The notes: generated by a model not told the origin, from the letters alone. 64,000 nucleotides of DNA from an uncultured Actinomyces sp. (GCA_963536345.1 CAUTAH010000005.1:7898-71897), one strand, 5' to 3'; numbered from the stretch's first letter, positions 41,975 through 52,546 are shown. Translations and numbers: made by a program.

Positions 41975-42373
41975 GTGAGTGTCAAACTAGGGTTCACAAA
42001 GGGCCAGATTATTCAAGAGTTTTATCTCGACGATGATGCGGATCAGAGCTTGCGCCAACTCGCTGAGGAGGAATGCGGCAACGAGCTAGTTGATCCCGAC
42101 TACGAAGATGTCGTTGACGGAACAATCGTGTGGTGGCGCGCGGAAGACGCTGAAGAAGAAGATCTTGCCGATCTCCTGGTCGATGCCATGTCGAATCTTG
42201 ATGACGGTGGCTTGATTTGGGTGCTTATTCCCAAGCCGGGCCGTCCTGGCGCAGTTCCTGTTTCCGATGTTGAAGAGGCTGCACATACAGCCGGTCTTCA
42301 CGCGACTTCTGCAAGTGCGCTTGCGCCGGAATGGGCAGGGATTCGTCTTACTGCTCGTTCAAGGACCCGCTGA
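41975..42373 (+). CDS. DUF3052-family protein
   Basis: WWRAED, GLIWVLIPKPGR; divergent from aceE, as usual in Actinobacteria. Confidence 0.85.
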   Translation: MSVKLGFTKGQIIQEFYLDDDADQSLRQLAEEECGNELVDPDYEDVVDGTIVWWRAEDAEEEDLADLLVDAMSNLDDGGLIWVLIPKPGRPGAVPVSDVEEAAHTAGLHATSASALAPEWAGIRLTARSRTR

Positions 42374-42515
42374 GGATTTCGCGCGATACTGTCTCGGCAA
42401 GGCAGTGCGTGCCGCATGTTTTACATGCGCGCAATGAATCTCACAGCATCTGATTCCAAGTAATAGCTGCTTGTACTCTATGCTGTACTGGTGCGTTCAA
42501 CACTGGGCGCGCTTT

Positions 42516-42589
42516 GGGCCTTTAGCTCAGTTGGCTAGAGCATCTGGTTTACACCCAGAAGGTCATCGGTTCGAGCCCGGTAGGGCCCA
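42516..42589 (+). tRNA. tRNA-Val(TAC), CCA not encoded
   Basis: GGGCCTT/AGGGCCC acceptor stem, TAGCTCAGTTGG D-arm, TCTGG-TTTACAC-CCAGA anticodon arm, GGTTCGAG T-loop. Confidence 0.96.
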
Positions 42590-42597
42590 CTCAATGA

Positions 42598-42630
42598 GAA
42601 GGACCGGAAGCGAATGCTTCCGGTCCTTTC
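42598..42630. terminator. Hairpin between convergent tRNA-Val and ndh
   Basis: GAAGGACCGGAAGC-GAAT-GCTTCCGGTCCTTTC. Confidence 0.8.
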
Positions 42631-42667
42631 ATGTATTGCGATGCAAGAGAACCTTGTGCGCGCAGAC

Positions 42668-44068
42668 CTAGGATTGCGGCTCAGATTCGCTGTGCTCGTC
42701 TTGAGCAGAATGAACCAGTTCCTCCACGACGTCCTCACCGGCCACCAGCTTTCCAGATACGCCACTTCCAAGCTGTTCCATTGCGAGGCGTGCGACGAGC
42801 TGCTGGTTTGTTGTGGTCCTTTGTGAGCGTGCTCCGGAGAGGAAACTGAAGAACCAATTGACCAGGGTGCCTACTTGGGACTTGAATCCGACGATATACA
42901 GCAGGTGGAGGAAGCACCATGAAACCCATGCGGTAAAACCGGTCAGACTCACCTTACCCATTTGGACGACCGCTTTGAAACGTGCGATCGTCGCCATTGA
43001 GCCCTTGTCGAAATAGGAGAACTCTGTGCGCTTGGGTGCGCGACCGGATAGGCGTGCTCGTACGGTGTCTGCAGCGAAACGCGCCGATTGAATGGCGCCC
43101 TGGGCAACTCCCGGAACACCCGGGAAAGCCATCATGTCACCAAGGACGAAAATTTCGGGGTGGTTCGGAAGGGTAAGGTCCTTGTTGACTTCGACGCGTC
43201 CTGAGCGGTCAACTTGGGCACCTGTCGCCTTGGCAAGTTGAGCTCCCAAGGGACTCGCGGACACGCCTGCCGCCCAGACCTTGCAGACGGATTCGATCGT
43301 TTCTTCTTCCCCGGACTTGTACTTTAATGTGACGCCATCTGCATCGACGTTCGTCACAAAGGCATCCATCTTCATCTCGACGCCGAGCTTCTCAAGCTCG
43401 CTTCGAGTTTTCTGCCCGAGTTTTTCTCCAAAGGGCGGTAGGGGATAGGGAGCTCCGTCGACGAGGATCACGCGAGCCTGCGTGGGATCAATTTGACGGA
43501 ATTCGCCCTTGAGAGTTTTCGATGCAAGTTCTCGGATTTGGCCGGCCATTTCAACACCGGTAGGACCTGCGCCAACGACGACAAAAGTAAGCAGTCGTTG
43601 AATTTCGGCAGGATCTGTGGCGATCTCTGCCTGTTCGAAAGCGCTAAAAATGCGCGCGCGCAGTTCGAGCGCATCATCGATAGTCTTCATTCCTGGTGCA
43701 AACACGGCAAAGTGGTCATTGCCGAAGTAAGACTGCCCAGCGCCCGCTGCGACAAGGAGAGTGTCGTAGGAAGTTTCGTTGTATTCGTTGTGGTTACGCC
43801 ACCGAACGATGCGGTTCTCGACGTCAATATCTTCGACCAAAGCCTGTAACACGCGAACATTCTTCTGCTTGCGTAAGATTTCGCGGGTCGTGGGGGCAAT
43901 ATCTCCCTCTGACAAAATTCCTGTTGCGACCTGGTAGAGGAGCGGCTGGAAAAGGTGGTGGGAAGTTCGTGCTAAAAGCGTGATATCCGCATCCGCATGC
44001 TTAAGACGACGTGCGGCGGTGAGCCCAGCGAAACCGGAACCGATAATGACGATGTGATGACGAGACAT
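42668..44068 (-). CDS. ndh: Type II NADH dehydrogenase
   Basis: GSGFAG, FQPLLYQVATG, VGAGPTGVEMAG, WAAGV, YFDKGSMATI. Confidence 0.93.
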   Translation of the reverse strand: MSRHHIVIIGSGFAGLTAARRLKHADADITLLARTSHHLFQPLLYQVATGILSEGDIAPTTREILRKQKNVRVLQALVEDIDVENRIVRWRNHNEYNETSYDTLLVAAGAGQSYFGNDHFAVFAPGMKTIDDALELRARIFSAFEQAEIATDPAEIQRLLTFVVVGAGPTGVEMAGQIRELASKTLKGEFRQIDPTQARVILVDGAPYPLPPFGEKLGQKTRSELEKLGVEMKMDAFVTNVDADGVTLKYKSGEEETIESVCKVWAAGVSASPLGAQLAKATGAQVDRSGRVEVNKDLTLPNHPEIFVLGDMMAFPGVPGVAQGAIQSARFAADTVRARLSGRAPKRTEFSYFDKGSMATIARFKAVVQMGKVSLTGFTAWVSWCFLHLLYIVGFKSQVGTLVNWFFSFLSGARSQRTTTNQQLVARLAMEQLGSGVSGKLVAGEDVVEELVHSAQDEHSESEPQS

Positions 44069-44081
44069 TGACCTTCCTTAA

Positions 44082-44100
44082 TTAGGTAAGGTCAATCTTA
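44082..44100. promoter_or_regulatory. Putative DtxR/IdeR iron box overlapping the ndh -10 element
   Basis: TTAGGTAAGGTCAATCTTA, 16/19 match to TWAGGTWAGSCTWACCTWA. Confidence 0.55.
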
Positions 44101-44169
44101 CTAAAATGCGAAATGCTGTGCTAGAGGCGGATGCGTGGTGCTCGTTATAGTCTTTCGACTTTTCTGCGA

Positions 44170-45180
44170 CTAACTCTGGGATGACAGGGTTGATGCTCGC
44201 GCGACCAGCTGAGGATCTTGATCGGAGACCGTCCGAGCTTCTTCTCCCTGGAGCTGTTCCAAAAGAAGCTGTGCGCCCGCATGTCCCATCGTTGCAGGGT
44301 TTCGCGAAATTGCAGTAACCGCAGGAGAAAACATGCTGAGCATGGGGGAGTCTTCGCAGGAGCAGATTTTAATGTCTCTTCCGGTCTTCAATCCGCTCTG
44401 GGCGATGGCTTGGAAACCCCCTAGCGTGAGGATCTCGTTCGCGAAAATGATCCCCTCGGGCATGGAGGGAGCTTCGAGGAGCGCTCGCGTCGCTTCCAGT
44501 GCCGAGGCCTCGGAAAATTCGTTTTCGGGCGAGATAGTAACCCGTGCTCCTCGTTCGTGAGCGAGGCGCTGCAGCGTGGCGATGCGCTGCTGGATGTGAG
44601 AAAAAGAGCTAGAGCCGCACACGAAGGCGATGTGTCGGCATCCCTGCTCAAAGAGGTGTTCGGCGAGTAGGCGAATCATTTGTTCATCGTCACCAATGAC
44701 CGCGCCGCATTGGTCAAATTTCTGGCCAATGACAACGGTGGGTAGAGAATACTCATTGAGTTTTTGGGGGCGTGGGTCACCATCTCGAGGATCAACAACG
44801 ATGACGCCGTCGACGCGGCCCTGTGCCCACCACTCCTGATAGGCCCGAAGTTCTTCCTCCATCGAGTGTGAGAGGTGGAGAAGCAGGTCGATGCCTGTGC
44901 TATCTAGTGCTTCTTGGACTCCGGTGATCAAGTCGAAGAAGAACCTTTCGGATGAGTTATTGACGCGTGGTCTTTGAAGGACGAGGCCGATGGCATTTGA
45001 TCGCGAGGAAGACAGTGCTCGCGCAGTTGCGTTTGGTCGCCATCCCATTCGGGCTGCAATTTCAAGAATTTTTGCTCGGGTACTCGGCGATACGCCGGGG
45101 CGATCGTTGAGGGCAAAGGAGACTGCTGCTCGGGAAACCCCTGCTTCGCGGGCGATATCACGGATTGTTAAACGCGCCAT
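44170..45180 (-). CDS. LacI-family transcriptional regulator
   Basis: TIRDIAREAGVSRAAVSFALN HTH, WRPNATARAL hinge. Confidence 0.95.
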   Translation of the reverse strand: MARLTIRDIAREAGVSRAAVSFALNDRPGVSPSTRAKILEIAARMGWRPNATARALSSSRSNAIGLVLQRPRVNNSSERFFFDLITGVQEALDSTGIDLLLHLSHSMEEELRAYQEWWAQGRVDGVIVVDPRDGDPRPQKLNEYSLPTVVIGQKFDQCGAVIGDDEQMIRLLAEHLFEQGCRHIAFVCGSSSFSHIQQRIATLQRLAHERGARVTISPENEFSEASALEATRALLEAPSMPEGIIFANEILTLGGFQAIAQSGLKTGRDIKICSCEDSPMLSMFSPAVTAISRNPATMGHAGAQLLLEQLQGEEARTVSDQDPQLVARASTLSSQS

Positions 45181-45229
45181 TGCGAAACTCCCTTAAGGTG
45201 TGATCGGATTGTTATAAGTTTAGCAGGAG

Positions 45230-45243
45230 CTAAACCGAATTAG
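45230..45243. promoter_or_regulatory. Putative LacI-type operator
   Basis: CTAAACCGAATTAG, imperfect palindrome with central CG between the divergent lacI-family and GH38 genes. Confidence 0.5.
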
Positions 45244-45298
45244 TTGTTAATCTGTGATCAGAGCCGCAAAGCAGCGGTAAGGCAGAAACGGAGTCGTG

Positions 45299-48200
45299 AT
45301 GCACGACAATAAAGAAATCCTGATGCAGCGTGTCACTCGTACGCTCAAGGAACGCATCCTTCCTTTCGAGTACACAACAGTTTCTTCACTTGACGTCAGT
45401 CAATGGCGTCAACCCTTAGAAGACGGGGTGATTTCGGAACCAGTGCGCTTTAAGGAAGCCCTTCAAGCAAACTTTGTCCCCTTCGAGCTCGGACAGACAT
45501 GGGGTGGAGCGTGGCAGACCACCTGGTTCAAGCTTCACGGACAAGTTCCGACCGACCTCAGCCTCACCGAGGAGCAGCGTCTTGAAGTACGCGTTGACCT
45601 CGGCTTTGAAGAACACTTTGTCGGTTTCCACGCCGAAGCACTTGTGCGCGATGTGAATGGAAAGACCATTAAGGCCCTGAACCCGCGTAGCCGTTGGCTT
45701 CCGGTAGCTCAAACTCCTGGATCAACAATCGACTTTGTCGTGGAAGCTGCTGCAAACCCCCTGATCCTCGGAGTTCCTCCCTTCCAGCCGACTTTGAACG
45801 GGGACAAACTCACCGCTTCTCATGAGGAGCTCTACCACTTCCGTCAGGCAGACCTCGTCATTGTGAATAAGGACGTCTACGGACTCGCCCTTGATATTCA
45901 AGTACTCCACGAGATGATCGAGGCTGCGCCTCACTTTGGCGATTACGAGTGGAACCTTCTCTTTGGATTGAACCGTGCTCTGGACTGCCTCGACCTGGAT
46001 GATGTTGTTTCCACTGCAGGTGCGGCGCGAGAAGTCCTCAAGCCTTTCATGGAGGCGCCGGCACTTCCCGGTGCTCACCGAATCAGCGCTGTTGGGCATG
46101 CACACATCGACTCCGCATGGTTGTGGCCACTGCGCGAAACCCGCCGCAAGGTGAATCGCACTCTTGCCAACGTCGTTCGTCTCATCGAGGACGGCTCATC
46201 CTTGATCTTTGCTCTTCCTGCTGCCCAACATGCAGCTTGGCTCAAGGAAGACGACCCAGAACTCTTCGAACGAGTTCGTGACCTTGTTGCAAAGGGACGC
46301 ATCGTTCCTGTCGGCGGAATGTGGGTTGAACCCGATGCCGTTCTTCCCGGTGGCGAGGCCATGTGCCGCCAGCTCGTAGAAGGCCTGGACTTCTTCGAAA
46401 ATGAACTCGGCGCATCTTGCCAAGAAATCTGGCTGCCTGACTCCTTCGGGTATTCCGCAGCCCTCCCGCAGATCGCGCGTGAAGCTGGAATCGAGCGCTT
46501 CCTCACCCAGAAGATTTCATGGAACCAAGTCAACACTTTCCCGCACCACACTTTGCTGTGGGAAGGTATCGACGGTTCGCGAATCTTCACGCACTTCCCG
46601 CCCATGGACACTTACGGTGCAGAAGTGACGGGCCAGAACTTGACCCACGCTGTCGAGAATTTCAAGGACAAGGGTCACGCAAGTGTCTCGCTCATGCCCT
46701 TCGGCTACGGTGATGGCGGCGGCGGCCCCACCCGTGAAATGCTCGAGCGCATCGATCGTTTTAGCTCCCTTCGCGGTGCTCCCGAAGTTGTCATGGAAAC
46801 TCCGAAGCAGTTCTTTGACCGTGCACGTGAAGATGCTGATCAAATCCCCGTGTGGGTGGGCGAACTGTACTTGGAGCTCCACCGAGGAACCTTCACCTCT
46901 CAGATCGACGTTAAGCAGGGTAACCGTCGTGGTGAGTCCATCCTGCGTGAAACCGAGCTGTGGTGCTCCTATGCAGCCGTTAAGGGCGTCATGGACTACC
47001 CCTACGAAGAACTGCGTTCCTACTGGCGCACACTCTTACTGTGCCAGTTCCACGACATTCTTCCGGGCACTTCGATCGCATGGGTCTACCGCGAAGTTCG
47101 CGAACTTCACCAGAAGATCCAGGACGGATGCGAAGCCCTCATTCAGCAGGCCCTCGCAGCGCTCACGGGTACCCAAGAAACCGGTCAGGCGCGCGCTTTG
47201 CTTGCCAACGCCTCGTCCTTCCCGCTCCACGGCGTCTCCCCGCTGTCTGCGGGCGTTGCATGCGAAGAAAAGGACACCGCGGGAGTACACCTCCTCCAAG
47301 TAGAGGACGGCTACGAGGTCACGAACTCCTTCTACAAGGCTCGTATCTCTAGCAGCGGTGAGCTGACTTCACTGCGCGAAAACGCAAGCGGTCGCGAGTG
47401 GATTCCCGCGGGACAAAAGGCCGGCGAATTCCACATTCATCAGGACTTCCCGAATATGTGGGATGCGTGGGATTTGGATCCCTTCTACCGCAATTCCCTG
47501 CGCGTTGTTTCTGATCGTTCAGTGAGCAACGTCGTCGTTGAGCAGGATCGCATTGAAATCCACACCCTTGCTCGTGTTGATTCTTCCACGATGGAACTCG
47601 TGTGGATCTTCAGGTCTAGGGTTGCGGGAATCGATGTTCACGTTGAAGCTGACTGGCATGAGCATGAGAAACTGCTCAAGCTCGCTATCCCGGTGGAGAT
47701 CCACACGGACCACGCTCAGTACGAGACTCAGATGGGTTACATCACGCGTGCTACCCATGAGAACACATCCTGGGATGCCTACCGTTTCGAAGTATCGGCA
47801 CACCGCTGGGTGCGCTTGGAAAACGCATCGCGTTCGTGGGCAATCGCAAATGATTCAACCTATGGATGGGATGTGACGCGCCACCAGAGCGATCGTCGTG
47901 GTACCTGGTCCCAGGTCCGCGCAACCCTTGTGAAGTCAGCGCGCTTCCCCGATCCTCAGCAGGATCAGGGACACCACGAGTGGAACTTCCGAATTGTTCC
48001 TGACGCCTCAGTTCTTGATGCCGTTGCAGCTGGTCAACAGCTCAACCTGCGTGAGCGTGAAGTTAGCGGTCTTCCTTTCGAAGCACCCTTCTCCATCACT
48101 GGTGCAGTGGTTGAGTCCGTTGCGATGGCTCCTGATCGCTCCGGAGACCTGGTCCTTCGCGTCTACGAGGCCCAGGGTGGTCCTTCACAGGTGACCTTGA

Positions 48201-48349
48201 CTGCGCCCGAGGCGACCTCAGTGACCGCCTGCGATCTGCGCTACCGCCCCAGCGAGGACGAACCGCATCTTCGCGGTGGAGATGGGCAGTGGTCCTTCGA
48301 TTTGTCCGCTTTCCAGATCACGACGCTTCGACTTTCCTTCACCAAGTGA
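45299..48349 (+). CDS. GH38 alpha-mannosidase
   Basis: GHAHIDSAWLWP, GGMWVEPD, WLPDSFGYS, YGDGGGGP, LELHRGT, QFHDILPG. Confidence 0.95.
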   Translation: MHDNKEILMQRVTRTLKERILPFEYTTVSSLDVSQWRQPLEDGVISEPVRFKEALQANFVPFELGQTWGGAWQTTWFKLHGQVPTDLSLTEEQRLEVRVDLGFEEHFVGFHAEALVRDVNGKTIKALNPRSRWLPVAQTPGSTIDFVVEAAANPLILGVPPFQPTLNGDKLTASHEELYHFRQADLVIVNKDVYGLALDIQVLHEMIEAAPHFGDYEWNLLFGLNRALDCLDLDDVVSTAGAAREVLKPFMEAPALPGAHRISAVGHAHIDSAWLWPLRETRRKVNRTLANVVRLIEDGSSLIFALPAAQHAAWLKEDDPELFERVRDLVAKGRIVPVGGMWVEPDAVLPGGEAMCRQLVEGLDFFENELGASCQEIWLPDSFGYSAALPQIAREAGIERFLTQKISWNQVNTFPHHTLLWEGIDGSRIFTHFPPMDTYGAEVTGQNLTHAVENFKDKGHASVSLMPFGYGDGGGGPTREMLERIDRFSSLRGAPEVVMETPKQFFDRAREDADQIPVWVGELYLELHRGTFTSQIDVKQGNRRGESILRETELWCSYAAVKGVMDYPYEELRSYWRTLLLCQFHDILPGTSIAWVYREVRELHQKIQDGCEALIQQALAALTGTQETGQARALLANASSFPLHGVSPLSAGVACEEKDTAGVHLLQVEDGYEVTNSFYKARISSSGELTSLRENASGREWIPAGQKAGEFHIHQDFPNMWDAWDLDPFYRNSLRVVSDRSVSNVVVEQDRIEIHTLARVDSSTMELVWIFRSRVAGIDVHVEADWHEHEKLLKLAIPVEIHTDHAQYETQMGYITRATHENTSWDAYRFEVSAHRWVRLENASRSWAIANDSTYGWDVTRHQSDRRGTWSQVRATLVKSARFPDPQQDQGHHEWNFRIVPDASVLDAVAAGQQLNLREREVSGLPFEAPFSITGAVVESVAMAPDRSGDLVLRVYEAQGGPSQVTLTAPEATSVTACDLRYRPSEDEPHLRGGDGQWSFDLSAFQITTLRLSFTK

Positions 48350-48362
48350 AGAGAAAGAAACG

Positions 48363-49604
48363 ATGAAGTTTGGTGTGAATTACACCCCGCGGCGGGGATG
48401 GTTCCATTCGTGGCTGGATTTTGATGCCGAGGCCGTGCGTGATGACTTCCATGCCATCCGCGCCATCGGTGCCGACCACGTTCGGATCTTCCCGCTGTGG
48501 CCACTTCTGCAGCCCAATCGCACCCTTATCCGACATCGGGCAATTGGCGATGTTGTGAGAACGGTTGAAATCGCGGGGGAGTGCGGACTCGAAGTGACGG
48601 TCGATGTTCTTCAAGGACATTTGTCATCCTTCGATTTCCTTCCCTCGTGGGTCACGTCGTGGCATCGCCGCAACCTCTTCATCGATCCCGATGTCGTCTC
48701 AGCACAGCGGAATCTGGTCGCTGAAATGGCGCGGGCGTTACGTGGGATTCCTGCGGCAGCTGGGCTATCTGTGGGCAACGAGTTCTTCCAATTTGCTGCA
48801 TCGCGTCATCCTTTCGCGCACGAGGTGAGCGAAGATGACGCGATGCAGTGGCTTAGGGGAATTCTTGAAACGGCAAAACAGGAGTGGCCGCACGGGATTC
48901 ACACTCACAGTCATGATGATGACCTGTGGTTTGAAGACGATCAGCCTTTTACTCCTGCGTGCGCAACTACCGTAGGTGACCTCACCACTGTGCACTCATG
49001 GATCTTCGGGCGCATCGGACCACGGCTTGGAAAACAAGCTCCACAGCTTGTCTGGTTTGCCAGATATTTGTGTGAGCTTGCCGCCGCGTGGAGCGAGGAT
49101 CCGGGCCGAGGCGTATGGCTTCAAGAAATCGGTGCTCCTGAGAACTATGTGGACCAAGACCAGGCTCCGCAGTTCCTCATGGAGACCCTTGAAATTCTCA
49201 TGGGAGAGCGAGGCGGGGGAGTATCCCCTGGCCTTGAAGCAGTCACTTGGTGGTGCTCTCACGATGTCTCCCGTGAACTATCGGACTTTCCGGCCATCGA
49301 GTATTCCTTGGGGCTGCTGGGACAAGACGGCAATCCGAAACCAATCGGAGAGGCCTTCCATCGTGCTGCTCAGCGTTGGGCGGATCTGCGAGTTCACGGT
49401 GAGCAGCGTTCGTCCCTCCTACTGACTGCACAGGAGTGGACGCGCGTCGATACTGATGCTCGGCACGAGTATTTCGATCGATGGATGGAACTTGCTTTGG
49501 CAGGAGACGTTCGTTGCATCGAATTGGACCGTTCTCGTTATCTTCCTCGTGGAGATCACGGGAACAGAGGAAAAGAAACTTTCCTCTCTACGTGGGACTC
49601 GTAA
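48363..49604 (+). CDS. GH5 glycoside hydrolase, GH5_18-like putative beta-mannosidase
   Basis: MKFGVNYTP, DHVRIFPLWP, QGHLSSFDFLPSW, GNE acid/base, WLQEIG nucleophile, WWCSHD. Confidence 0.8.
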   Translation: MKFGVNYTPRRGWFHSWLDFDAEAVRDDFHAIRAIGADHVRIFPLWPLLQPNRTLIRHRAIGDVVRTVEIAGECGLEVTVDVLQGHLSSFDFLPSWVTSWHRRNLFIDPDVVSAQRNLVAEMARALRGIPAAAGLSVGNEFFQFAASRHPFAHEVSEDDAMQWLRGILETAKQEWPHGIHTHSHDDDLWFEDDQPFTPACATTVGDLTTVHSWIFGRIGPRLGKQAPQLVWFARYLCELAAAWSEDPGRGVWLQEIGAPENYVDQDQAPQFLMETLEILMGERGGGVSPGLEAVTWWCSHDVSRELSDFPAIEYSLGLLGQDGNPKPIGEAFHRAAQRWADLRVHGEQRSSLLLTAQEWTRVDTDARHEYFDRWMELALAGDVRCIELDRSRYLPRGDHGNRGKETFLSTWDS

Positions 49605-49646
49605 ACCCACAGCGTTCTCAAAGTAGTTTCTTCGAAGGAGAAGACT

Positions 49647-49924
49647 ATGCGTAAGTCGCGTACTTTCCTGACTGCCGTCGCACTGAGTGCGGCGTTCAGC
49701 CTGGCCGCTTGCACCGGTGGTTCCGGAGCAAGCTCCTCCTCGAATTCTTCTGCTGCAAACGCTGGTGTTGGCGAGATTTGATTCGAGAGGTAATCGCTCA
49801 AGAACGATCGTTTTACCCCTAGTTCGAGACGCTGATCAAGGATTTCGAAGCAGCATACCGGGTGACATTGATCCCTCTGATCGTTCTCTTCGCATGTGCT
49901 TAGAAGTTCTTCTTCAAGGGCTAA
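49647..49924 (+). pseudogene. Collapsed sugar ABC transporter remnant (binding-lipoprotein 5' end joined to permease 3' end)
   Basis: GAAGGAG RBS; lipobox LAAC; in-frame stops; then SLKNDRFTP / FETLIKDFEAAY and IPLIVLFACA*KFFFKG*. Confidence 0.8.
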
Positions 49925-49951
49925 GAAAGTCTTTTTTGCGATGTGTTTGCC

Positions 49952-49984
49952 GCGGGGTGTGGGCCCACAAAGCCCACGCCCCGC
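49952..49984. terminator. Hairpin between convergent units
   Basis: GCGGGGTGTGGGC-CCACAAA-GCCCACGCCCCGC. Confidence 0.65.
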
Positions 49985-49988
49985 TTCT

Positions 49989-51497
49989 CTAGGCAAATAG
50001 GGATTGAGCCTGGGAAAAATCGACTTTCCCTGTCGTTGTCTTCGGGAGAGTCTCAACCCAGCGGATGCGGCGAGGATGCTGCCAAGGGGCCAAAGAATCT
50101 TTGACTAGATTCCTCACTTCTTTGAGGGAGGGCTCTTCGTGAGTCGCCGGAACGAGCGCCGCTGCAACGATTTGTCCCCATCGTTCATCATCGAGGCCGA
50201 CAACGCAGACATCAGCCACGCAATCCAAGGCACGAAGAGCTTCTTCAACGTGCGCGGGGGAGACAAGCTCTCCACCCGTATTGATAACCCGTGAGGAACG
50301 GCCGATCATATGCATGCAATGATCCTCATCGAAAACAGCGATGTCTGAGGAGGAAAACCACTCATTCTTGCGTTCTTCTTCACCCCAATAACGCGAGGCA
50401 ACTCCCGGGCCGCGTACTTCAATGATCCCGGCCTGTCCGGCCTCGGTAATGAGGTTGCCCTGCGCATCACGGAGACGGCACTGGATATAGGGGAAGGGGA
50501 AACCAATCGCACCTGAGTGAGCAGGCCAGCGCTCGGGACTCAAGAATGTTCCGGCGCCTCCTAGCTCAGTCATTCCCCACACATGAATGGGGCTCAGGCC
50601 CATGCGTGACATTTCGTCAAAAAGTGATGCCCCCATGGCATCTCCGCCGACCAGAGGGCGGGTCCACGAGGACAGATCGATTGTGGCCTCGCGGGCGGCC
50701 TGCACGAGCATATGGCACATAGCGGGTACCGCAAACATGATCGAGATACGCCATTTCTCGATGCCGCGAGCCACTTCGAGCGGGTCGAAAGAGGCGAAGA
50801 CGACGAGGGTTCCTCCGTGAGTAAAGATATCCATCGAGGTGCCGTTGAAACCACCGATATGAGATAGTGGCGCGACTACCCCACAAACCGCTGATCCGGG
50901 ACAGTATTCGAAGCCATCCCTAAAGCACTGAGAAGCCCACCACAGGTTCGCATGACTCAGCGCCGCGGCCCTCATCTTCCCTGAGGTGCCGGAGGTGAAA
51001 ACTAAAGCGGCAGTCTCATCGTGGCATGGGAGCGGAACGAAATCTGCTGGGCACTCGTTACTGGTTTCACGCGCGAGCATGTTGAGATCCTCAAAAGACA
51101 AACATGCCAGCAAATTGCTTGTGTGAGGCGTGAAGTGCTCTTCTCCAATGATGAGCGCAGGTGCGACTTCGTCATACAGGCGCCTGCGCACTGCCTCGGG
51201 GAGGAGTGGCGAAATGGGAACAGAGACTGCATGAATCCACGAAGCGGCCGCGTGAATCAGAAAATGCCACACACTGTTGGGAGCGCATACAACGATGCGA
51301 TCACCCGCATTCAGCCCCAGAGTCGTGAAATACCAAGCAAGCCTGCGAACGCAGCTGGCGCTCTGCGCAAGAGTAAACGTGCGTGCGCTTTCAGCATCGA
51401 TCAGGCTGAGTCGGTCTGGATGCTGATGGGCTGCAGACAGCAGCGCGTGGGCAGGCGAGAGATCGGGCAATACTTCCGCCTGACACCCGGTGTTCAT
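49989..51497 (-). CDS. Acyl-CoA synthetase/AMP-binding enzyme (FadD/MenE-like)
   Basis: [35 protein letters not shown]. Confidence 0.88.
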   Translation of the reverse strand: MNTGCQAEVLPDLSPAHALLSAAHQHPDRLSLIDAESARTFTLAQSASCVRRLAWYFTTLGLNAGDRIVVCAPNSVWHFLIHAAASWIHAVSVPISPLLPEAVRRRLYDEVAPALIIGEEHFTPHTSNLLACLSFEDLNMLARETSNECPADFVPLPCHDETAALVFTSGTSGKMRAAALSHANLWWASQCFRDGFEYCPGSAVCGVVAPLSHIGGFNGTSMDIFTHGGTLVVFASFDPLEVARGIEKWRISIMFAVPAMCHMLVQAAREATIDLSSWTRPLVGGDAMGASLFDEMSRMGLSPIHVWGMTELGGAGTFLSPERWPAHSGAIGFPFPYIQCRLRDAQGNLITEAGQAGIIEVRGPGVASRYWGEEERKNEWFSSSDIAVFDEDHCMHMIGRSSRVINTGGELVSPAHVEEALRALDCVADVCVVGLDDERWGQIVAAALVPATHEEPSLKEVRNLVKDSLAPWQHPRRIRWVETLPKTTTGKVDFSQAQSLFA

Positions 51498-52546
51498 CGA
51501 GCGCCGGCCATCTGGCGGTGAAGTTCTTGGCGTTTCTTCAAACGCTCAAGGACCGATCCCGCTTCCTGCAAGGTCGAACCGGAGTTCTCGATGTGTGCGA
51601 GTTCTTCCGGAATTTCGAAGCCTCGGGCGCGCATTCCCTTTGCCCACAGCAATCCCGCGCGATAGGAAGAACGCACGAGGGGGCCGGCCATGACCCCGGC
51701 GAAGCCCATGGCCTCGGCCTCGGCAGAAAGCTCGATGAACTCTTCGGGATGCACCCAGCGGTCGATTGGATGATGCAGGGGAGAGGGGCGCAGATACTGT
51801 GTGAGAGTCAGCAGATCGCAGCCGGACTCGTGCAGGGCGCGCATGGCTTCAAGAATTTCCTCGCGAGTTTCGCCCATGCCCAAAATCAGGTTTGATTTCG
51901 TGACCATTCCACCGTCGTGTGCGCGTTTAATCATTGCGAGTGAACGCTCGTAACGGAAGGCTGGGCGAATTTTCTTGAAGATTCGCGGGACCGTTTCGAG
52001 GTTGTGAGCGAAGACCTGGGGAGCGGCTTCGATAACCATATCGATGGACTCAGCGCTGCCTCGGAAATCATCGACGAGAAGTTCAACTCCCGTTCCCGGG
52101 CTCTTTTGGCGGATTTGGCGCGTGGTTTCTGCATAGAGCCAAGCCGCGCCATCGGGGAGGTCATCGCGGGTGACACCGGTGATCGTTGCGTAGCGAAGTC
52201 CCATTTGAGCGACCGATTCGGCGATGCGTCTGGGTTCGTCTTGGTCGTATTCCGTGGGACGCCCAGTTGCGATATCGCAAAAGTCGCACCTTCGCGTGCA
52301 GATTGCACCACCTAAGAGGAAAGTTGCTTCGCGGTCTTCCCAGCATTCGTAGATGTTCGGGCATCCAGCTTCTGCGCATACGGTGTGCAGCCCTGCGCCG
52401 CGAGCAAGAGAACGCATGTCCTGGTAGTTTTCACCCGCGCGTGCGGTCGTACGAATCCACTCGGGCTTATTCTCGATGGGAGTTTGCGCGTTACGAACCT
52501 CTACGCGCAAAAGCTTGCGTCCCTCGGGATCGGGGAGAGTGCTCAT
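51494..52546 (-). CDS. lipA: Lipoyl synthase
   Basis: [39 protein letters not shown]. Confidence 0.97.
   Translation of the reverse strand: MSTLPDPEGRKLLRVEVRNAQTPIENKPEWIRTTARAGENYQDMRSLARGAGLHTVCAEAGCPNIYECWEDREATFLLGGAICTRRCDFCDIATGRPTEYDQDEPRRIAESVAQMGLRYATITGVTRDDLPDGAAWLYAETTRQIRQKSPGTGVELLVDDFRGSAESIDMVIEAAPQVFAHNLETVPRIFKKIRPAFRYERSLAMIKRAHDGGMVTKSNLILGMGETREEILEAMRALHESGCDLLTLTQYLRPSPLHHPIDRWVHPEEFIELSAEAEAMGFAGVMAGPLVRSSYRAGLLWAKGMRARGFEIPEELAHIENSGSTLQEAGSVLERLKKRQELHRQMAGAR

Noticed and set aside
42516..42668. Genomic island integrated at tRNA-Val
   Set aside because: No integrase next to the tRNA and no duplicated tRNA 3' end seen in the window.
49687..49992. 101 aa plus ORF and 166 aa minus ORF (49556-50056)
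   Set aside because: Out-of-frame or antisense readings of the ABC-transporter remnant.
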